A DNA stretch of 64,000 nt from Scyliorhinus canicula (Eukaryota), in contig NW_024055431.1 of assembly GCF_902713615.1 (NCBI RefSeq), positions 1-64,000 on the forward strand. The letters are read 5' to 3'. Shown piece after piece: positions 48,129-62,951 of the stretch. Under the pieces are notes generated by a model, which saw only the letters and a program-made list of their open reading frames with translations, was not told the DNA's origin and did not search any database. The position numbers and the translations under genes are program-made. Each line of letters starts with the position of its first letter. Positions within the stretch are counted from its first letter, which is position 1.

Positions 48129-51100
48129 TCTAAAGAGTTATTAGGTCAGATGATTAAAAACTTGGTCGACGAGGCAGGTTATATGGGATGATTTTATTCA
48201 GGGACTTGAGGAAAAGAGGAGTACGGAATGCATACCAGAGAATAGGGCCGAGACGCATGAAGACATCGCAAAGTGAAGCAATTAATTCTGAACATAACAT
48301 AACGTCTTGATCAATTGCAGTTGCAAAACTCAAGAACAATATCTTATATGAACACCTACATGAACGGCCAATACCTTTTTGCAGCAAATTCACTTGCTCT
48401 TCTGAGCCAGTTGAGAGTTCTATGATTGGGTGGATATTTAACCTGTGGGTGCCAATCTGGTGATTCTGTGAGAGCACTGATCTGTCTAACACTGCCAGTA
48501 TATCAGATGATTGGTGAATATAATACTAGGCAGGAAAATAATCCCCACCATGAAAACAACTTTCCAATGGATAGAGTGTAACACAAGAGTAAATTCATAA
48601 TTTTGAACTAAATAGAGTTTTCCATTAACTTTTGGGAGGTGCTGTGCACCGGTGTTCATATGTAGACCAGTCCCGCAAGCCCAGTTCATTACTGGGATGT
48701 TGGTAAAATATTAACCTCAATATTACCCACATGATAGCAGAGCAAATACACATTTCATAGAACTACTTATAGGTATTAACAAGAATTAATATAATCTCCA
48801 AATCAACAATGATTGTACTCGTACAAACAAGCAAAAATATACAATCATAGGGCAGCACGGTGGCACAGTGGTTAGCGTGGGTTTCACCCCCACAACCCAA
48901 AGATGTGCAGGATAGGTGGACTGGGCCATGCTTCATTGCCCCTTAATTGGAAAAAATAATTGGGTACTCTAAATTTAAAAAAATATATACAATCATTTGT
49001 AATATCGAGACAGGCAACAGGAACATGGTCCGGTAAAATATCAACAGAGATAGGCCCTCGTGTGATGTAAAGAGACAAATTCCTGGGAACATAAAAGAAG
49101 CGGAATTTAATGTAATATAATCCTATGGTCTAGTGTGTATTAATTGAGTGTAACTCAAACAGAACAGTGTAGTTTAGACAGCGACAGGGTTTACATTAAT
49201 ATAAATGAAGACAGAGTCTCATTCGACATGAGAAGAAACAGATTTGATGTAAGACAGTGACATAAAAAATAGAGCCGGAGTAGACCATTCTGCCCTTCGA
49301 GCCTGCTCCGCTTTTCCCCGTTTCATTTGGGCCCTTCAGAGCTTTGATCCCCAAGCGCTATGTCTAAATCTTTCTTTAAAACATGCAATACTTTCGACTC
49401 AACTTCGTTCTGTGGTAGAGAATTCCACAGATTCACGACTCCCAGGGTCAAGATATTGCTCCTCATCTCAATCCTAAATAGTTTACCTCGTATTCTTAGA
49501 TGTTGACCCCTCGTTCTAGCTTCACCCACCATCGGGACCATCCTTTCTGCATCCGCCATGTCTAGTCCTGTTGCAATTTGATCGGCTCAGAATCATGGGG
49601 GAATTAATTGATATCTAATTAATCAGTGTCCTCTTCTTTCTGACCCCCCTGCCAGTGAATCAAGTTTCTTCCCAATTAATCAAACTAAACCATTCTTAAT
49701 TTTGACCATTTTCACCAGGCCTTCCCATATCCTGCTCGGTTCTAAGGGAAATAATCCCAGTTTCCAACCGCTCTGACCATGCAGCTCGTGCAGTGGGAAG
49801 GTCAAGTTGCACATATGTTTCTGCCTTGCTTGCATTTAGATGTTATTTTTGGAATAACTGATATTTTATATGGAGCCAGTGGAATTCCCATTCACCATTA
49901 CCATCCTGTCAGCATAAGACCAAAGACTAATAAAAGACCAGCCTCTGAAAAGTAAATTGACCCATGTAAGACTGGACCCATAGTTTCAACTTTAGATTCC
50001 CCGAGCAACATTTCAGAATGTAAAAATACAAACCATGATAGGTTAACAGTCTTTTCCCAGTGGAATCACTATCACCTCCCACAACAGATACCTGAGCCCA
50101 TGATCCAGACCTGTGATCCAATGCAGAAGGAGTGTTTAATGTTCAATTGTTCCCTCTTTTAGATGTGATGATATTACAGTCTTTGGGATAGTCTCACAAT
50201 ATTATTACAAAACTGGTAATCTGGAGGCCTGAGCTATTACCCCAGAGACAGGAGTGCTAACTCCACCAGGGCATATTGTAATGTTGTGAACAGTTTTGGT
50301 CTCCTTATGTAAGGAAATATATTTTGGAGGCAGTCCAGAGAAGGTTCTTTCGGTTAATCCCGAGTATGGAGGGATTTTCAAAGCTAGGGGGCGTTTCACA
50401 CCATAGAAAGAGATCTTTCGACCCATCGTTGCTCTACCTGTCAGCAAAAAAAGAAGAATCTGGCCTTGAATCACAGACCTTTCGGTAAACAGCCAGACAT
50501 GCTGACCAATAGCACCACAGAGACTGACAAGGGGAGAGCTTAAGTCGGTTCGACCAACACGCATTGGAGTTTAGAAGAATCAGAGGCGAAGTTACTGTGA
50601 TATATAGTATTCTCAGGGGGCTCGACAATGTAGCTAGAGGTTGTTCCCGCTTTTGGGAGAGTCTAGAACCATAGGCCACAATCTCAGAGTAAGGTGCCAC
50701 TCATTTCAGACGAGAATGAAGAGGAATTTCTTCTCTCAGAGGGTAGTGATTCTATAGAATTATTTGCTGTAGAGAGTTGGCCTGATTGATGAATAAGTTC
50801 AAGGCTGAGTCAGATAGATTTTTCATCAGAAAGGCAATCATGGGTTGTGGGGATAAGTTGGAAACGTGGAGTTGAGGATTTTGTCAGATCAGCAACGATG
50901 TCATTGAATGGCAGATCATATTCCATGGGTCGAATGGCCAACTTCTGCTTCTACATCTTATGGTTTTATGGCAGCTGTGGGGACTTTCAATTGAATTAAT
51001 TAATAAATCAGAAAAAAATCGTCGTGTCATTCATAATACTTATGAATTTAGCGAAATTTCCCAAAGCTCAGAAGGTTCACCAACATCCTTCAGGAGAAGA

Positions 51101-52419
51101 AATCTTCCCTCCTTATCCTATCTGGCCCAAATGTGACTCTAGTTCAACAATGATGGGTTGACTATTAACTATCTCTGATATTGCCGAGCAAGCAAGTCTG
51201 TTGACGGGAAGATGCTACAGAAAGTCAAAAGTGAATTAAACCGCCCGAAGTGCACCTTATCAAAAAGGTGGTTCACATCCGGCTTCTCAGGATGGACAGT
51301 TAATGCTGACTTTGTCACTGATGGCCGTATGGCGAGAATGAATCCAAAACTGTTCAAAGTGCCGCAGATTCTGGAAATCAAAAACAGAAACAACAAAAAA
51401 GTCTGCTCAGCAGGTCAGTGAGCATCAGCAGAGAGAGGAACAGATTCACATTTCAGGTGGATTACCTCATTGACATAATTCTAACGAGCAGAGCTGTTTT
51501 TCCCAGTATCTTGGACTAATGTCCGTTCTTCAACTAAAATCACAGATTAGCTGGTCACTTATCACATCTCAGTTTGTGGGAGCTTGCTGTGCGCAAATTC
51601 TCCGCTCTGTTTCCAACATTACTGCAGTGACTAAATTCAGCAAAAATATATCACTGAGTTCTAAGGGCGTTGGGATGACCTGAGGTCGGGTAAAGCGTTT
51701 TACAAAAGCAAGCTCTTTCCAACTGTTTACATTTTAAAATGCAAGTTGCAATTGTCAAAAGGTCTGAGATTAATGTGTCTATTGATCTCTCCTCTGCCTG
51801 ATGTTTTGAGTTATCCACTTTAAATTGGTTAATATTTCTATCAAATTAACATTCAGTGGAAACGAGCTGGTTAGATATGCTTTATTAATAGAGGCTTCAT
51901 AACTTTCAGAATGAATACTTATTTTAAATGTATTTTTTCTTTCAATTAAGTAACTAATGGAGTTCTAATGGAAGTTTCTATTCATTTTAACCAACTGTCA
52001 ATATTCTTAAAATACACCTCTATTTTTAGTTGAAACTAATCAATAGTGAATGTGTTTATTTCGTTTTGCTGAAATGAACACTTCATTGTGACCAGTGAGG
52101 TGTTTATGTAAATAAACACAAAAATAGAAGTCCCAGTTTTGATTTTAGACTGAGAAAAACAAAGCAAATGTTTCCCCATCAACACAGCACAGAAATAGAG
52201 CCAAAGACGCAAATAGATCAACGGATTCCAGTAATGATCGTTTTTCGACATTTTTTATTCATCAGTTATATGAGAAAAATGTCATGATGATATCCATGTT
52301 CAGAATTAGGAAAGATTCCCTCTAATCTCTAAATGTAAGGACATGTGAAATGTGTTCGTAGAGTTTTTTTGTATCCTATCTCCCTCTGTGTGTTTCTCCT
52401 AACTGGTTCTGTCTCATGT

Positions 52420-52766
52420 GGGCAGCACGGTAGCATGGTGGTTAGCATAAATGCTTCACAGCTCCAGGGTCCCAGGTTCGATTCCCGGCTGGGTCACTGT
52501 CTGTGACGTCCTCCTGCACATCCTCCCCGTGTGGGCGTGGGTTTCCTCCGGGTGCTCCGGTTTCCTTCCACAGTCCAAAGATGTGCGGGTTAGGTGGATT
52601 GGCCATGCTAATTTGCCCGTAGTGTCCTAAAAAAGTAAGCTTAAAGGGGGGGTTGTTGGGTTACGGGTATAGGGTGGATACGTGGGTTTGAGTAGGGTGA
52701 TCATGGCTCGGCACAACATCGAGGACCGAAGGGCCTGTGCTGTACTGTACTGTTCTATGTTCTATG
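52420..52766 (+). mobile_element. Young full-length SINE
   Basis: GGGCAGCACGGTAGC head, GGTTCGATTCCC B box and (TGTAC/TTCTATG) tail. Absent at the paralogous site near 46680. Confidence 0.9.
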
Positions 52767-54289
52767 TGACCCACGATGGGTCATTGTCTTTAATCGACAA
52801 CATGAAGTCAACATGTGGCCAATACATTCTCTCAGCCCGATCTCACCCCGTTGGCTTACAACGAAATGGATTGAACCCAATGAATTGGAATACATAGAGG
52901 GAGTTTAACTCTAAATTGTCGTTGGAGCAGTCAATGACCTTGGAGTGTTTCATGAGAACTGCAGAGACAAATTTACTCTGTATCTAATTTGGGCTCCACA
53001 TGGTGAGTGTTTGACATGACTGCGCAGGAGATTTACTCCGTATCTGAACTATGCTGTACCTGACCTGGATGTGTTTGATGGAAAAATGACCAGGTTCCTT
53101 TGCCCAGTAAATGCACTGGTTTCTTTACCCCACTGTCAACCTGTCTTGGGGATCTCTGAGGAAGAGTGCAGAAGAGATTTTACCTGGCATAGAACCCTTG
53201 ATTTCCAGACCTTTAATGTGTTTAAGCGAGTTATGTAGAGGGAATTTCATTCTATATAATAATAGCTTATTGTCACAAGTAGGCTTCAATGAAGTTACTG
53301 TGAAAAGCTCCTAGTCGACACATTCCGGTGCCTGTTCGGGGAGCCCGGCATTGGAATTGAGCCCACGCTGATGGCATTGTTCTGCATTGCAAGCCAGCTA
53401 TTTACCCCACTGCGCTAAACCAGCCCCGCTTACAATCTGCAGCTGCACTGGGAATGTTTGATGGGGGCAGTGTGATTGAAGAAGTCTGGCGAAATCTTGT
53501 CTTCAACCACTGATCCAACTGTCCTGCGAGTGTTTGAAGGGACAGTAGGCCCTGCCTCTGTATTGTACCTGGCCGTGAACCCGTCTCTGTTTGTGTTATA
53601 CTACCTCGTAGCTGTGTCAGTTTATATTCAATAAGGACACTTTTATATTTGTTCATCTAAAACTAGGCCACCAATTCGAGGATTGTCTTGATCAATAAGG
53701 AGTTCAGTGGTTATTGGGAGAAGGAAGGAGAATGGGGATGAGGAACATATCGGCCATGATTTAATGCCAGAGCAGCCTCGATGGGTCGAATGGCCTAATT
53801 CTGCTCCTATATCTTATGGACTTATGGACCCTGTTGACTCTGTTCAGATTAACCTAGAACCTGACTCTGTTTCTATTCATTTAAACCTGTCTCTGTATTA
53901 CATTAGATACAGCCTCAGTTCTTCACTGGGCCATGTCTCTGTTCATATTAATTTGGACCGGCCTCAGTCATTGCTGCGGAAGAGCATGCACAGTAATGTG
54001 GAAAATGGCTGGGGAGGAAATTTGAAGATAAAAAAAAACTGAGGGAACAGTAATAATGTAAAATTCTTTAGAGAGCAATGCTAATCTATGTCCAGATAAA
54101 CGTCATAATCTGTCTTGTCAGCACCCTAGATGCATGCACATAGAACCGCAAATCTCTCTGATGTTCTTGCAGCCAATTCAAATTGTACAACTGAACTTCT
54201 ATTGCCTGGGCCTCGGGCAATAAACGAAGGAAATGGAATAGTTGTAATTGTGCAACATAAACGATATGTTTCAAATGATGTAATAGGAC

Positions 54290-55600
54290 CTTGGCTTCAC
54301 CAGTAACGTCAGAATGTGGTGTTGAGCCCTCTTACTGAACCATTGCATTGATATTGAGTAAGTACACCCACAGTGCTGAAAGGAAGGGAGTTCCAGGATT
54401 TTGACCAGTGACAGTGAAGGAACAGAGACATAGTTCCCATCAAGGTGGTGTGTGGCTTGGCGGGAAATTGCAGGTCCTGCTGTTACAATGAATCTGCCGG
54501 GCCTGCTCCTTTTAGATGGCTGAGTTCGTGGGTTTTCAAGGTGCTATAGAAGAGGCAGTTGCTGCAGTAGATCCTTGTATATCGTTCACGCTGCTAGAAT
54601 TGTACACCCGTGATTCAGGGAGCGAATATTTAAGCTGGTGGACGGCTGCTTTGTCCAGGGTGGCGTCGCGATTCTCGAAATTGCTTGAGGAACACATTTC
54701 AGACAAATGGAGAACATTCAATTAAACTCCTGACTTCTGCCGTATAGATGATGGATAGGATTTGGAAAGACTGGAGGTGAGAGACTCACCGCAGAATTTC
54801 CAGCCACTGACCAGCTCTTGTAGCCACATTATTTAAAAGGTTCTTCCAATTCAGTTTTTAATCAATGATAATCCAGAGGATGTTTATAGTGGGGGATTAC
54901 ATCACGGTAGTGCCATTTAAAGTCCAGGGGAGATGGTTAGAATCTCCCTTATGGGATGGTCATTGCCTGACACTTGTCAGCCCAAACCTGAATGTTGTCC
55001 AAGTCTTGTTGCATATGAAGACAGACTGCTTCAGTATTTGTGGAATGGAATATGGTGCAGAACATTGGGTAATCATCAACGAACATTCCCACTTCTGACC
55101 TTATGATGAAGGGTGAAGCTAGGGCCGGGGACACTATGCTAGGACACTATACGTGACAGGATGCTCCTTGACACTTTTCATGAAGTTGCTGATGATCGAA
55201 TGCGGACTGATGGGCCAATAATTGGCCGGGTTGGATTTTTCCTGCCTTTTGTGGACGGGTCAGGTTTGCCAATGTTACACATTGTTGTGTACATGCCAGT
55301 GCTGTACCTGCACTGGAGCAACTTGTCTGGGGCGCAGCCAGTTCTGCAGCACAAATCTTCAGTCTTGTTGCTGGAATGCTGCCAGGAATAATAACATTTG
55401 CATCACCGTCAGCCATTTCTTGATATCATGTGGAGTGAATCAAATTTGCTGAAGATTGACATCCATGATGATGCAGACCACCGGAGGAGGCCGAGATGGA
55501 TCATCCTCGGCAAGGCTGACAGAATCTTTCAGTCCTGTTTTTTGCACTGATGTGCTGGGCTCCCCCATAATTGAAGAGGGAAATTTTATTGAGGCTCCTA
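54290..55600 (-). mobile_element. L2/CR1-clade LINE RT fragment
   Basis: Minus-strand peptide IIRSEVGMFVDDYPMF...MQQDLDNIQVWADK. Confidence 0.75.
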
Positions 55601-55813
55601 TTCCAGCTTTTTGTTTATTTGTTGATTACTATTCAGGACTGGATGTGGCAAAACTGCAAAGGGAGAACCCCTTCAACACTTTCCCCCGGAGCCGTTATCA
55701 ATAAAGGATTCAAGACATCCACTGCATCTGAAATATAATCAGCTGTTTTGGAATAAAACTGATATCAAGTCCACCTCACTCACTAAGTGTAGAGGGAGAC
55801 ATTCTTTGCCGTT

Positions 55814-56137
55814 ATAGAACGGTACAGCACAGAACAGGCGTTGATGTTGTGCCGAACAATGATCACCCTACTCAAGCCCACGTATCCACCCTATACCAGT
55901 AACCCAACAACACCCATCAACCTTCTTTTTAGGACACTAAGGGCAATTTAGCCTGGCCAATCCACCTAATCCGCACAGCTTTGGACTGTGGGAGGAAACC
56001 GGAACACCGGGAGGAAACGCAAGCACACACGGGGAGGACGTGCAGACTCCGCACAGACAGTGACCCAGCCGGTAATCGAACCTGGGACCCTGGAGCTGTG
56101 AAGCATTGATGCTAACCACCATGCTACCCTGCTGCCC
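55814..56137 (-). mobile_element. Full-length SINE
   Basis: Reverse complement of the 52420 family. Confidence 0.88.
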
Positions 56138-56849
56138 ATGTACTGGCAGTATTAATTGAAACAGAGTGTCGTGTATTATAAACAAAGACAGAGTCTAGTC
56201 TAACAAAAATACAGATGGAGTCCAATTTAAAAGTAACAGAGGCGGGGATCACTGCATTAATTATTGAGTTAATGTCCGCTTCATGTATCGTCAGGCATCT
56301 CGATGTAAATGCCATCTGCTGGCCAAACTGTGCAATTGCAGTTACTGTGAAATGTCATTGCCAGGTATGATCCATGATGATGATGTATCACTAATCCTTT
56401 TTCCACAAACGTAATACCACATCGCCTTCTGCGGGAGGTGCCAAAATATAAGGTGTAACTAATTGCAGGTGTCGCTGGCTGATTCTCCCACACTGAGATC
56501 AGAAACAGAGCAAAGATGCTCAATTCGTGGTCATGCATTTTTGTTCATCTTTGTTAAATAGAGGAATGTTTACCTGGGCGCTGTATGGAGTCCATGCGAA
56601 ATGTAACATTCATCTAACAAACATAGTGTTGGGGAGAGTTTATTGATTCACTATACCACCTGGAAAATGGTTGGGATCAATGTCTCCGAAGCTTCCCAGG
56701 GAGTTCACATGGGATTTTAATTTTAATGGGGAAATGTGGGTGTGCGTGTAACACAGAGAGAATGCGTGTGTGAGAGACTGTGTGTGTGGGTCTGTGTTTG
56801 TGTGAAACACATGTTGCGTACAACTAAATTTCACAAAGGTCACGACATC

Positions 56850-58350
56850 CTTCTATTTCTAATAGATACACCGCAAATATTTCCACAAATGTAGCACACG
56901 AAGCTCCCAATTGTCGATCTGGGTTGTTATTTTCTCGGTTTGTGTCTATTTCAAACCTGCTAAATCCACCGGTCCTGGTGGCTCACACCAGCCCACCGTA
57001 CGTGTCGCCATTTTTCCAGATTGCAGCTGGTGACACCCAGTTGTGATGATCAATATTTAGGTTTAAGGACATTATGTCACACTTGGAAGAATCCTTGAAG
57101 CGGAATATCGGCCTTCCCACTGGGTGCGTGGCTCCGGCTATTTCGCAAAGTGGAAATTCCTTGCTCGTGTGACCATGGCCGATTTAGGGACCACACTGGA
57201 AATGTGCAAACCATCTCTTTTTACATTGGAGAGACTTGGATGCTCTGTCTTTAAGAGAACTGCCGCATTTCTGATTGTCTCCGGCCAGTAAATATCCATA
57301 ATGCATTGCGGACAATAAAGATGACATTTGCTGAGCTATTTTTCTTCACAGGTGCAGGTGTTCCTTGTTTCACAGACATACAACACGGTTCTGAGAGTTC
57401 AGGCCTAATAAACCATCAGCTTGTTCCAATGGGTCAGCTTGATGTTATTCCATTGGCATTCAATGAGTAAAACAAAGGTCGTAACTGTTTTTCCCCATGA
57501 ATTACATTCTACATCAAGGCAGTCTCTCACCATGGAAACTTGGGAGCAGAATCTGCTCACCGGCTCTTATTTAGTGTGGCCATGGCGAAAGTGCAACTCC
57601 TTGACCCACAACCACGATTTTCCTCATGCTTATGGTAAGGAAGAACAAGATACAGGCACCGAGGACACAGTCCATGAGTCTCTGAATATGATGTTTTATT
57701 TTGATGATCGAATTTTCAGCGTAGAGGAATTCTCTGATGAGGATGTATTGTGATTATGTCTCTCCGTTTTGATGACTAAGAGGTTGTAGAGGTTGCAACC
57801 TGACCGAGTGTGTTAGTGGATTTTATTCTTGTCTTCAGGTAAGGCGAAGGTCAGCAGCATGGAGAGGAAGCTGCCGAATAGAGGTGGGTGTGGGACATGG
57901 TCCTCTTTCACTCAATTATTCACTTAGAATCTGTCGGAAGTGGAATGATCACTCTGTCCCGTGCAGTGCATTTTACCACGGAGGAGTGAATGCGACAGGG
58001 GAGCATCAGCAGTCAGCCAATTTCCCCCAAATCATATCGCCCCTACTCTGTGGACAGTGTCGAATATTTATCGAGATTGACGAAAGTAAGGTGAAGAGGT
58101 AGGCATGTGGCAGAGGGAGCAGATCATGTCCAGAGTAAACCTTGTGACTCAAACACAGCACCTTTCTTCCAGCAACATTTGGCCTGAAAGCAGATGAAGT
58201 GTTTAAAGTATGACCATTGGGAAGGCCTTCCCAGTGCTGCTATGAGTGAGTTATGTCACTAGTTGCTGCAGTCTCCTCTGTCCACTTTGTTTTCAGATAT
58301 TGGTTATGATTTTGCATCATGAATCTCCTGTGGGATGGGTTATATCTTCC
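56850..58350 (-). mobile_element. Heavily decayed RTE-type LINE
   Basis: Remnant motifs LTFVNLDK (FVDLxKAFD-like) and YWPETIRNAAVLLKTEHPS (WQDxIxNxxVLxxAxxPS-like), among many stops. Confidence 0.5.
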
Positions 58351-58479
58351 AGGAAAGAAGGCGTTGGTCATAAATGTTCAGAAGCATAGCAATAACATTC
58401 ACCAATTTTCGTTCATTTATGAATATAAATAATTAGATTCACAAATTGCTATCGTTCCATAAAGTACAGTTTTAAATTA

Positions 58480-59165
58480 TGTTATACGGTGTGGCCATCG
58501 AGGGCTCGGCCATGATTATTGTCCATCGCTAATTGCCTTTCACAAAGAGGCGGTGAACTGCTTGTTTGAACCTCTACAGTCACTCTGGTGTAGATACACC
58601 GACGATGGTGTTAGGGAGGCAGTTGTAGGTTTTTGAATCAGCGACACTGAAGATTCTGTGATATATTTCCGAGTCAGGATAGTGAGTGATCTGGAGGGGA
58701 ATTTCCAGGTGGTCATCTTCCCATGTATCTGCTGCCTTTTCCTTCTGGAAGGTAATGGTCCTGGGTTTAGAAAGTGTTTCAAGGGAGACTTGCTGCGCTC
58801 CTGCACCTCATCTTGTGGATGGTACATGATTGCCATTGTTAGTCGGTGGTGGATGGAATGAGTGTTTGCGCATAGGGTGGCAATCAAGCGGAGCTGCTTT
58901 GGCCTGGAAGGTGTCAGAGTATTCAATAGTCCTGACTTGTGCCTTGCAGATGGTGAACAGGCTTTCGGAATCAGGAGGTGAGTTGCTCGCCGCAGGCTTC
59001 CGAGACGCTGACCGGATCTTGTAGCCTCAGCATTTATATGGTTAGTCCAGTACCGTTTCTGGTCAATAGTAACCCCAGTGTATTGATCGTGCGGGATTCG
59101 GCGATGGCAGTATCAGTCAAAATCAAGTGGCGATGGTGAGATTCTATTTTGCTGGAGATGGTCAT
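58480..59165 (-). mobile_element. L2/CR1-clade LINE 3' fragment
   Basis: Similar to 39710-40320 and 31950-32440. Confidence 0.65.
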
Positions 59166-62100
59166 TGTTTAGCAATTCCGTGGCGAATATTACCAATTGT
59201 CACAATTCACAAAGTTAAATAATGATATTAATCAATTATCATCAACTCACAACATAAAACGTTTTATTCACCAATTATGATCCACACTTTTATTTACAAA
59301 CTGTAAATGCAATTCATTTAAGGGAGGTGGATTTGAGACCAGGAAGAGATCAGCCATGATGATTGAATGGCGGAGCAGGCTCGAAGGGCTGAACTGCCTA
59401 CTTCCGCTCCTAATTCCTATAGTCATATGTTCAACATAATTTATTTGAGATAGGATTGACTATTCTGTCACCGAGTAGTCACACCTGCATCAGTATTCAA
59501 TGTGAAATGGAATTAAACCAGACCGAGGATTATGTGCAGCTACCCAGCAACCTCTGCGCTGTTTGGTCAGTAATCTCCTCATCGTCACACAGAATCTCCA
59601 GACTGGAGTGTGAGATGATTTTTAAAGTGTCGGTAGAAATGAAAATATCTGTACCTAATGTGACGCTGATGAATCTTTGAATCTCAGTATGTTATTACAA
59701 TGATTTGGAAACTAATTCAACGTCTGCAGCTATCCACTGAGTTTCACAGTATTTCAGTTTTCACATTAATGTGTTTTCAGTCTGGTGTCTTCATTAATTT
59801 GGGTGAGGACATCTTAATTGACCTATTGTACATGAAATTACCACATGTTCCAAATATTACAACCGTCCCCCCTCAACGTCATCATGTTCCCGCTTTCTGT
59901 CTTTGAGATGAAGATTCGCCATCAGCAGAGAAGAATCACCAGAACCGCAGGATATCTCAAGTTTCCTCTTAGTGACGTCCATCTCATCAGTTCCCGATAG
60001 TCTGGGGATGGAATTCACCCAGAAAAGCTTGAGCCACCGAATGCATTATACTGACACAAATTATAAAGGGCCTGATTTAATTTGTGAAGTCATCAAGCAC
60101 AAAACTGAGAATGTAGAACAGCATCTTTCAGGACCATCTATCCATGCATCCATCAAACCCATTCACCGATTCCACAATCAAAATATTCAGGCATCTAACA
60201 AACATCCATCCCTACATCAAAGCAATACTCCCTTTATCTTTTGGGTCGGTAGTGGGGGAGTATTAATGACATTGAACCAATAATCCAAAGGCCCGGGAAA
60301 ATTCTGTGGGGGCTTGGGTACAAATCCCACCATGGCCGGTGGGGGAATTTGAGTTCAGTTAATAAATCCGGAAAACATACTAATGGTCACCATGAAACCC
60401 CCTCTGCTTCACTAATGAAGGAAATCTGACATCCCTCCCTGGTCTCACATACATGTGGCTCCAGTCGGCAGCAACATGTCTGACTCTTCAGTTCCTTCTG
60501 AGCTGGCCCAGCAAACCACTCAGTTCAACAGCAATTAGGGACAGGGAACACATATTGGTCTTGAGAGTGACTCCCACATTCCATGGAAGAATAAAGGGAA
60601 AAACACGTAAATGTACATGTTTATCTATTACAAAATGTCGCCCCTGTCTGATAGCCTGTTTGTATTCCTATCCACCATCACAATGTTATGAGATGTGGGA
60701 GAGATACTCCAGCCGGCAATTGCTACGATTGGTCAGAGAAGCTGGATAACTCTCCTTTCCTTAGGGATGGGAACAGTTCAAATAGGTTCACAATTTAAAA
60801 CATAAAAAGATCTCCAGTACTGTTGCTGGGTAGATTTGTTTATAAATAGTCCTCATTGACAATGTTAAGAGTTTGAAGTTGGATTGCAGCCAAGCGGTCA
60901 GTACTGAGCAAACAGATCTTTGAAAAAAAAGTACAGATGTTTCCTGTAAACAACATTGAACATTCGAGCCTCCCTGACAGCAGGCGGCTGGATTGCTGCC
61001 AAATACTGTGTGGGGCAGATTAGCCTGAATATGAATGGATTAAATGGGATTTATCCATTCAAACAATAAATGTTTTAGTGGCACATGAAGTAAACTTTTA
61101 AATGGTGATCCATGCAAAGAAATATATTCACTGAATGCTTTGTTCACTATGAGATTAAACATGATCGGAAAATAGCAACCTGACCAGATGCTATTTAATT
61201 TATATTAGTTCTGAGTAAAGATCACTCTAGTTATTAAAGTCCGTTTGTTGAGAACCGAATGAAGTGAGAGAGTGATTGGTGTTGATGGACACAATCTACA
61301 AGTTCAATAAGATGACTCCAATTCCAAAAAATAAAATAAAATGAAATAAAAGTAAATAAACTGCATTGAACTCGGGGGGATTCCTGGGATATTCTCCGAG
61401 TTGTTGATCTCCGTTAAACGGAGGCGTCCTTATACCCGATTAACACCGTGTTCTGTACAGTTTAATTTGTGCTGATTTCCATTATTTAACAGTCCCTCTC
61501 ATTGCTGCCAATAAATGGAGAAATGACCAGTTCATGACCTGCTTCAATGGAAGATAAAACATTTATTCCTGTGATATTGTGTAATATGCAGCAAAGTCCT
61601 GATATCCTGTGTTCCCAACACCAGTGAATGCTAGACAGCCGGTGGTCAGTAAAATTAGCGGCAATGATTTGGATGCTGAAGGATAACTTTGCTGATCGCC
61701 GCGTCCGTTCTGATTCATTAACTTCTTGTCAAAAGCTGGTGTGAATTTTATGTTTCGCTGTCAACTCACTGCTGAATTATCTGGCAAGCGGCTTCTTTTA
61801 CCATTAATGTTCACAGGACTGTCTGAGGCTCAGGGGCAAATCGAGAAATGTAAAGAGAGACATTGTGTAATGTGAGGAGTTTCTTCTTGTCTGCAGACCC
61901 ACATTGTACAGTGATGGCCATCCGCACTGCAAATGTAATCACGTCATTCATTCCCTCATTTAGTTACATTTCGTCTGATGAATTATACTTTATTGTTGGA
62001 ATGGGATAGAGTCCCGGAGTGTTGCAAATCTGACTGACAGACGATTTATTCCCGGATAATGTAATTTAATCTGTTTATGTTCATCCCTTTATATTGGAGT

Positions 62101-62373
62101 GTATAAATAAAGAGACTTCATATATAATGGAATTAGATTTTACTTATAGATGTTCAAATATAAATTTCCATTCGGATGAGGATAGACATTACAATCAATC
62201 CATTCAGCCAATCAAATATACCGATACCGATAATGTCTTTTTTTAATTAATAGTCTATAGTAAATCTCTGAGTCCATTCTGTTGGGGGTGTGGAAGGCGG
62301 GACGTGGATCCAGTCCCCGCCTCCACCAGGGAATCAAAAGGCGGCGCCTGGAAAGCCGCCCCCTTCTGCCGGG

Positions 62374-62382
62374 TATTTAAAT
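62374..62382 (+). promoter_or_regulatory. TATA-like element of the VH promoter
   Basis: TATTTAAAT ~100 bp upstream of the VH ATG, following GC-rich sequence. Confidence 0.55.
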
Positions 62383-62472
62383 GCCGCTCACTGGGACCCG
62401 ACTCCAACAGTCCGAGAGCTGGTTTGTTCACTGAGTTCCTGACACAACCATTTCCCCCAAATGGCCAGAAGG

Positions 62473-62951
62473 ATGAGGTGGGCCATTTCTCTCAGTCTGT
62501 TGCTGACTTTCTTATCCCGTGAGTAGTTTTTATTGTCCAAGTCTCTCACTGTTACTGTCTCAGTGTTAGTCTCTCTCTGGAATGTTCCAGAGTCACCAAT
62601 CATTTCACCAGCATTAATCCTCGGGCTTTTTGATATATTTTTACAGGTGTCCAGTCGGATGTTGTGTTGACTCAGCCAGAGGCAGAGACCGGGCGTCCCG
62701 GAGGCCCCCTGACACTGACCTGTAAAACCAGCGGCTTCAATCTTGGCAGCTACTACATGCACTGGGTCCGGCAGGTTCCCGGGCAGGGGCTGGAGTGGCT
62801 GCTTCGGTACTATGATTCATCCAGCAACAACTACGCCCCAGCCATTAAAGATCGATTCACTGCGTCCAAAGACACTTCAAACAACATCTTCTCTTTGGCC
62901 ATGAGGAGCCTGAAGACCGAAGACACCGCCATCTATTACTGTGCAGGATAC
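62473..62951 (+). CDS. IGHV: Immunoglobulin heavy-chain V segment, shark IgM-type (intact); exons 62473-62518 and 62647-62951
   Basis: Leader [15 protein letters not shown] with GTGAGT donor. Mature V reads [97 protein letters not shown], with shark IgM VH hallmarks ([33 protein letters not shown]). Confidence 0.96.

Larger units (their letters stand above)
47680..53050. repeat. Second tandem duplication, unit 2
   Basis: Paralogous to 42160-46930, with extra SINE insertions at ~47783, ~48850 and 52420. Confidence 0.85.

Noticed and set aside
56850-58350. Endogenous retrovirus integrase/env remnant (WEGRY-like motif)
   Set aside because: Better explained by RTE LINE motifs in the same stretch; no LTRs or gag/pol order seen.
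10553-62951. NAR-TCR or TAILV assignment
   Set aside because: All TCR V exons have their own leader, unlike the leaderless NAR-TCR supporting V-delta. No IgNAR-type V is present, and the VH has typical IgM framework motifs.
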